Assembly (NCBI GenBank): GCA_964398885.1 | Contig: CAYNOU010000002.1 | Span: forward strand, 22,762-86,761 | Length of the DNA stretch: 64,000 bases | From: an uncultured Candidatus Cloacimonadota bacterium | GTDB taxonomy: Bacteria > Cloacimonadota > Cloacimonadia > JGIOTU-2 | Direction of reading: 5' to 3' | Shown: piece by piece, positions 59,189-64,000 of the stretch | How positions within the stretch are numbered: the first letter of the stretch is position 1 | Layout: each line of letters opens with the position of its first letter | Made by a program: the position numbers and the translations under genes | Notes under the pieces: generated by a model | What the model saw: only the letters and a program-made list of their open reading frames with translations | The model's database searches: none | What the model was told of the DNA's origin: nothing

Positions 59189-60577
59189 TCAATGTAAAAG
59201 GCATTTTTGTATTTCTTGTGATACATAATCTATATCTTCTTCATTAATTGTTAAAACATCAAAATGGATATTTCCTTCTCTGAGAATTCCAAGTATTGGC
59301 CTTTCTAAATGCAACAATTGTTTAAACAACTTTTCTGCAAAATTTTTCGTATTATCCTTGTTAATCAGCATTACTGAATAGCTATCTAATTTTAGACGAG
59401 GAAGGGTTCCTCCGCCACAATGTGCAATACTCTCTACTATTTCAGATTGTATATGAAATTTTGCTAACTCATTTTGTAATTTTTTTGCAATATTATAAAG
59501 CTCGGATTTACTTTTTTTTAGCATCCTATAAACAGGTATTTTTGTAAAAACATCTTCATCTTTAATATAATATCGCAACACTGTGGATAAAGCGGCAATA
59601 GTCATTTTACCCACTCGGAGTGCTCGCATAAGTGGAGCTTTTGAAAGTTTAGATATTAATTCCTTTTTACCTGCGATTATCCCTGCTTGAGGACCACCAA
59701 GTATTTTATCACAACTAAAAGTAACTAAATCTGTTCCGTAGTTTAGACTGGAAACAGCATCAGGTTCATTCCCAAAATGTAAATCTTTTTGTTTTCTTAT
59801 AAGTCCGGAGCCCAAATCATACATTAAAATCAGATTATATTTTCTTGCAAGCTTTGATAATTCTTTTAGTTCTACCTCTTCTGTAAAGCCTTCTATATAG
59901 TAATTTGATTTATGAACTTTTAAAATGATTCTTGTATCACCAGTAATTGCATTTTCATAATCTGATATTCTGGTTCTGTTTGTTGTGCCAACTTCAACCA
60001 TTTTTGCACCGCTTGCCTTCATTATATCAGGAATCCTGAAAGAACCACCAATTTCTATCAATTCTCCACGAGATATAATTGCTTCTTTATTTTCAGCAAA
60101 AGTTTTTAAACAGAGCAGGACTCCAGCGGCATTATTATTAACCACAACTGCATCTTCTGCTTTTGTAACAAATTTAATTAATTCTGAAATGTGTTTATTT
60201 CTCTGCCCTCTTTTACCTTTATCTAAATCAAATTCTAAATTAGAATATCCAAGTATGATTGGTTCTAATTCTTTTAGAACATCTTTACCAAGTGGAGCTC
60301 TTCCAAGATTTGTATGAAGTATAATTCCAGTTGCATTGACCATTGGTTTAAGTGATTTTTTGGTTATAGATTGGATAATAACTTTAATATCCTCAATAAT
60401 TTGGTTTAAGTTTTTTGCAGGCTTTGCTTTTAAAACATTTTTTCTATACTCATCCAAAATTTGTCTAATTGAATATGTAATCAAATCATTTCCAAATTTG
60501 TTTTTCAATTTCATTATTTCAGGATGATTTAATAATTTATCCACGCCGGGAATCTTTTTAAGTTCTTCTTTACACAT
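59189..60577 (-). CDS. selA: L-seryl-tRNA(Sec) selenium transferase (selenocysteine synthase).
   Basis: MCKEELKKIPGVDKLL...NATGIILHTNLGRAPL...NNNAAGVLL...RGELIEIGGSFRIPDIM...VGTTNRT are SelA hallmarks. The start is placed at ATG 60575-60577, because the track GTG lies inside a repeat. Confidence 0.85.
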   Translation of the reverse strand: MCKEELKKIPGVDKLLNHPEIMKLKNKFGNDLITYSIRQILDEYRKNVLKAKPAKNLNQIIEDIKVIIQSITKKSLKPMVNATGIILHTNLGRAPLGKDVLKELEPIILGYSNLEFDLDKGKRGQRNKHISELIKFVTKAEDAVVVNNNAAGVLLCLKTFAENKEAIISRGELIEIGGSFRIPDIMKASGAKMVEVGTTNRTRISDYENAITGDTRIILKVHKSNYYIEGFTEEVELKELSKLARKYNLILMYDLGSGLIRKQKDLHFGNEPDAVSSLNYGTDLVTFSCDKILGGPQAGIIAGKKELISKLSKAPLMRALRVGKMTIAALSTVLRYYIKDEDVFTKIPVYRMLKKSKSELYNIAKKLQNELAKFHIQSEIVESIAHCGGGTLPRLKLDSYSVMLINKDNTKNFAEKLFKQLLHLERPILGILREGNIHFDVLTINEEDIDYVSQEIQKCLLH

Positions 60578-60587
60578 AGTTAATCCT

Positions 60588-60648
60588 AAAAAATTTGCCA
60601 CAGATTTAGACCAATCAAAAAAATGATTACCTTTATTTCTGTGGCAAA
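60588..60648 (-). terminator. Hairpin (11-bp stem TTTGCCACAGA/TCTGTGGCAAA, about 32-nt loop) plus a U6 run between tRNA-Sec and the selA RBS. Terminator-like or a processing element.
   Basis: The minus strand reads tttgccacagaaataaaggtaatcatttttttgattggtctaaatctgtggcaaatttttt aggattaact ATG. It uses the family-B TTGCCACAGA motif as an inverted repeat. Confidence 0.4.
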
Positions 60649-60662
60649 CAATAAAATTATAA

Positions 60663-60757
60663 AGCCGAGAGGGCAGGAATCGAACCTGCCACAGACGGTT
60701 TTATCCGCCCACTACTGATTTTGAAGACCAGTTGGAACACCAGTTCCATCCTCTCAA
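60663..60757 (-). tRNA. selC: tRNA-Sec (selC), anticodon UCA.
   Basis: Minus-strand fold: 8-bp acceptor (TTGAGAGG/CCTCTCGG), 6-bp D-stem TGGAAC/GTTCCA with the 4-nt loop TGGT, 6-bp anticodon stem with loop CTTCAAA (UCA at 34-36), a long variable arm, and a 5-bp T-stem GCAGG/CCTGC with loop TTCGATT. About 94-95 nt. CCA is not encoded. Confidence 0.75.
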
Positions 60758-60795
60758 ATAAATTTTATGATATTATTTTATGATTCTTTGTGAGC

Positions 60796-62730
60796 TTATC
60801 GCATTATCACCATTTTTCTTACCTGAGATTTTTCAGAATTAGAAATTTTATAGAAATATACACCATTGCTAACTGCATTTCCATTTGTATCTGTTCCATC
60901 CCAGACAATCTCACCATAATTTCCTTCAAAAGGAAGGTTATTAAATTCTTTTACAATATCACCTTTAATATTATAAATAATGATTTTTGATTTTCTACTC
61001 GGCTTTATGTTATAAGAAATATTTGTCTCGGAGTTAAATGGATTTGGAAAATTCTGCAGCAAGCCTGAATTGTTATTTATCGCAGAATCAACACTATGTG
61101 GTTGATCAAAATATAAAGCACCCATATCTGCAACAGTTCCATCAGGGTCTGGTGGAGAAGCTGGATCTCCTGCGTCAATACACGGAGAACCTTCTAATAA
61201 ACTCCAGGATGCTTCAAGACCATTGTAACTCGTTCCACTTCCTGCTGTTGGATTCTCAAACATTGGGTCTTCATTGATATTTCCAGTTCCACTATAACCA
61301 CCTGATATACAAGTATAGGTTACATAAACAGTACTACCAAATAGATTGAATACATCTAAGTCGTCAATTAGGATACAATTGTTAACTGTTGCAGAAGAAG
61401 ATGCAAACCACATTGCTCCATAACCATAGGTAGATTCATTATTTGCTATTGTGTTGTTAATCATAGTCGGGTTTGATGAGTTTTTTAAACTAATTGCACC
61501 AGCGAAACCTGCAGTATTATTAACGATTATATTATGAGAAATCAGAGGATTTGCATTATCACAAACAATTCCTGCACAAAGAATTGAACTTGTATTATTG
61601 GCTATTAGGTTTTTATAAATATACACACTATCTAAACCAATTACATTAATTGCTGCGCCTTTCTGGGTTGTAGTTAAATTCTCATAAATAGTGTTTTCAA
61701 TAATATCAACTTTTGAATTTTCAATATCTACTGCACAATAAGTGGCATTAGTTATTTCACAATTCTGAATAAGATTGTCTTCCATAGTATTAAAGAATTG
61801 AATACCTTTCCAACTATCATTTGATGTGAAAATTATAGGACCTTTTCCAGAAGCATCAGCAACTATTTTTCCTTCAACTTTTATCTTGCTATTATTATTT
61901 GTAATTATTTGAACATCAGGTTCAATAGTAAGTTCACAGCCATCTGGAATTGATACATCATCAGTGATAGTATAAGGGCTAAAAGCTGTATTCCAGACAC
62001 CAGCAACAGTTCCCGAAATATTATTACTATTAGTAACAGTGATGTAGTCCTCTTGAGTAATACTTGCACTATCAGCACCACTCCAAACAGTTAGAGATAC
62101 ATCATAAGATCCAACATCAGTATAAAGGAAAAATGGATTTTCTTCGTTACTGTCAATTAAGCCATCACCATCAAGATCCCAAGCCCATGTATCTGCACTA
62201 CCCGCTGTACTATGGAATTGAACTCCTAATGAAGGAGGTCCTGTTTGTATACTTGCATCAAATCCTGCCATTAATCCTAAAGATGCAATCGCATCATCTA
62301 AATATGTTGAGAAATTTACATTATTCTCACCATAATATAGTTGATATTCACCACCAATAACTGCAAAGAATGGTACATAGCCATTACCATAATCCCAATA
62401 TAAAGAGCTAATATCAGAAGAATGATAAAATGTACAATTATAAGGTGGAATACTCCAATCATTTTCAGATAGGAAGTAAACATGTCCACCGGGGTTATAT
62501 GTTTGCCACATAGCTTCTAATTGCGGCGCCGCCGCAACACAGCCACCTCAACTATAACCTCCCCAGAAAAAGACTACCGCTTTTTCTGCGTTGATCAATT
62601 CATATATTGAATGCGGTGCTCCAGTATTATCAGTCCAACTAAAATCATCTACAACATCGCCTACTTGGTATACTGCAAACAATGAACTTGCAAATACCAA
62701 AAATGCGAAAAGGGTAATTGCTTTTTTCAT
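60796..62730 (-). CDS. Candidate selenoprotein. Order of domains: signal peptide, thioredoxin/TlpA-like redoxin domain with a U-x-x-C motif (Sec at the in-frame TGA 62548-62550), PKD-like domain, beta-helix repeats, T9SS C-terminal sorting domain.
   Basis: The signal-peptide ORF and the 571-aa ORF are in the same frame and separated only by TGA: ...EKAVVFFWGGYS-U-GGCVAAAPQLEAMWQTY..., a redoxin pattern with FW..xCxxC. A SECIS-like hairpin starts 10 nt downstream. sel genes lie immediately downstream. The C-terminus FPNPFNSE...KMVIMR is a T9SS sorting domain. Confidence 0.6.
62521..62537 (-). promoter_or_regulatory. Putative bacterial SECIS element: GC-rich hairpin 10 nt 3' of the in-frame UGA.
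   Basis: Plus strand ttgcggcgccgccgcaa (8-bp inverted repeat). The mRNA reads UGA GGUGGCUGUG UUGCGGCGGCGCCGCAA. It is a conspicuous 100% GC core in a roughly 30% GC genome. Confidence 0.45.
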
Positions 62731-62876
62731 CTTATACTCCTTTAATTTTATTTAATTCCATAAAATGAATTTTACACATCTTATGAAATCATTTTTTACT
62801 ATATTAGTCTTTTAAATAAAATTTTGTCAAAAAATATTATAATTTTTTTAAATTTATTTATGATTGATTTTGCAAT

Positions 62877-63617
62877 TTATCTCAAAAGTAGCATTTTTTT
62901 TGTTTCTTGATAACTCCCAACTTTTAATGAATAGAAATATATTCCGTTTGCAAGTTTTCTACCATTTGCATTTGTGCCATCCCATACAACTTCTTTAATT
63001 TTTTCCCGAGTATAATTGGGATTAATTTTTAATTCTTTTATTAGTTGCCCTTTCAGGTTGAATATTTCAACAATTGGGTCTTTATGTGTGGGTTTATCAA
63101 GATAAAATGAAATAGTTGTTGAAAAAGAAAAAGGATTGGGATAATTTTGTGATAAATTGCAAGTTAAGGGAATATTGACATCATCTATACTATTTTCTGT
63201 TGCATATGAAAAATTTATTGTATCTGGCTCACTAATTGAAGGGGACTCAAAGATGAACTGAAAGGTAAAACTTCCAGTAGAACTAACTGTTATGGTAAAA
63301 TCAAGATTAAGTGTATCACCACTTACAAATTCAAATTGCCATGGCCATCCGAGCATATGGCATACTCCTGAACCATGAAGTTCATGACACCAGATCATAG
63401 ACCAATCTGATGGTATATTTTGAGCTTCAACATTTACTGTGAATGTATCTGTTTGACCATTATTGATAACATAAAAAAAATCTGATGTAAAAATATAAGT
63501 GCTATCTGTATAAGGAGGTCCCACAACATTTGGATTGAATGGAATGTTAACTTCTAAGTCAGCAATGAGCAGATTTGCACAAAATAAGATTATTGATAAT
63601 GTTAATATTTTTTTCAT
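62877..63617 (-). CDS. Secreted protein with a T9SS C-terminal sorting domain.
   Basis: Signal peptide MKKILTLSIILFCANLLIA. C-terminus NYPNPFSFSTTISF...GIYFYSLKVGSYQETKKMLLLR. Confidence 0.6.
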   Translation of the reverse strand: MKKILTLSIILFCANLLIADLEVNIPFNPNVVGPPYTDSTYIFTSDFFYVINNGQTDTFTVNVEAQNIPSDWSMIWCHELHGSGVCHMLGWPWQFEFVSGDTLNLDFTITVSSTGSFTFQFIFESPSISEPDTINFSYATENSIDDVNIPLTCNLSQNYPNPFSFSTTISFYLDKPTHKDPIVEIFNLKGQLIKELKINPNYTREKIKEVVWDGTNANGRKLANGIYFYSLKVGSYQETKKMLLLR

Positions 63618-63656
63618 TATTCTCCTTTCATTTTTTTCTTAAAGAAATGCTGATTA

Positions 63657-63704
63657 TTGCGTTCCCAATCCCCAATTCAATTGGGGAGGGCTTTGGGAAC
63701 GAGA
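63657..63704. repeat. Palindromic repeat family D with a nested inner hairpin (tccccaattcaattgggga).
   Basis: ttgcgttcccaatccccaattcaattggggagggctttgggaacgaga. The outer arms are identical to 41250-41280. The inner hairpin recurs at 39844-39862. Confidence 0.65.
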
Positions 63705-63726
63705 AATCGCTTGGTTTACTATTACT

Positions 63727-64000
63727 AGAAAGAAGTTGTTAATTCCAATCTAAGCCCTTTGAATCTTAATTGATATCTGCAAATTCCATTCCTGCAAACT
63801 TTCCCGCTTTTTTCTTTTCCAGCAAAAAGAATCAAATCAGTATTTTCAAATATTGGTACTTTCACTTCAGCTCCAATCCATAAAGGGTTATCCCATAATT
63901 CGTCAAGGTTTTTATAACTATATTCAGCAATAATAGAGAAGGATATATCTTTGTATACACAATCACATTGTAATAAAGGTTCATAATGAGATTCGCTTAT
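63727..64000 (-). CDS. Hypothetical protein, partial (C-terminal part). The N-terminus lies beyond the window end.
   Basis: Open minus-strand frame from the window end to the stop near 63727. The C-terminus ...RFKGLRLELTTSF ends in an aromatic residue, which is OMP-like. Confidence 0.3.

Noticed and set aside
53545-62730. The in-frame TGAs might indicate genetic code 25 (TGA=Gly).
   Set aside because: TGA is used as an ordinary stop elsewhere. Examples are tkt at 2358-2360 and the 92-aa ORF boundary. Only two genes are affected, and both are next to a sel operon.

Overview
This is an AT-rich (roughly 30% GC) bacterial chromosomal window in which all but one gene lie on the minus strand. Several secreted proteins end in Por/T9SS-type C-terminal sorting domains (NYPNPF...KMxIxR), which points to an FCB-group lineage (Bacteroidota-like or a candidate phylum). 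All identifications rest on motif recognition in the translations; no database search was possible.

Content from start to end:
- 1..30.9 kb: a Wzx/Wzy-type polysaccharide locus. It carries two AsnB-like amidotransferases that lack the N-terminal Cys, two SAM methyltransferases, two SDR epimerase/dehydratases, two GT4 glycosyltransferases, a heparinase II/III-like protein, a bi-domain Zn-ADH+Gfo/Idh/MocA oxidoreductase, secreted beta-helix proteins, and Wzx, Wzy, Wzz and Wza-like export genes.
- 2.3..9.5 kb: a housekeeping block (tkt, rph, yihY, a MacB/Lol-like ABC pair, a P1-nuclease-like gene, smpB) interrupts that locus.
- 31..32.9 kb: two tandem, diverged two-gene modules, each a small ~93 aa protein followed by an AbiEii/DUF1814-like nucleotidyltransferase.
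- 33.1..39.4 kb: hutI, ispF, an unusually long GlmS (927 aa), a MNT-HEPN (MntA/HepT-like) toxin-antitoxin pair, and ispD.
- 39.4..40.0 kb: a dense hotspot of GC-rich palindromic repeats next to an orphan Phd/YefM-like antitoxin.
- 40.2..48.5 kb: a conserved operon rimP-nusA-ylxR-ylxQ-infB-DUF503-rbfA-nrnA-truB-ribF.
- 49.2..52.2 kb: a plus-strand TonB-dependent receptor.
- 52.3..64 kb: several T9SS-sorted secreted proteins surrounding a complete selenocysteine-decoding cluster, tRNA-Sec(UCA)-selA-selB-nifS::selD fusion.

The most notable observation is two T9SS-cargo genes flanking the sel cluster, each broken only by a single in-frame TGA. In the first, the TGA replaces the first Cys of a thioredoxin/TlpA-like motif (UGGC), and a GC-rich hairpin starts 10 nt downstream, which is SECIS-like. 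This is a candidate secreted selenoprotein. The second has the TGA in a CLGU context but no clear SECIS.

Intergenic regions carry several families of short GC-rich modular palindromic repeats, and one is embedded in-frame inside a CDS.
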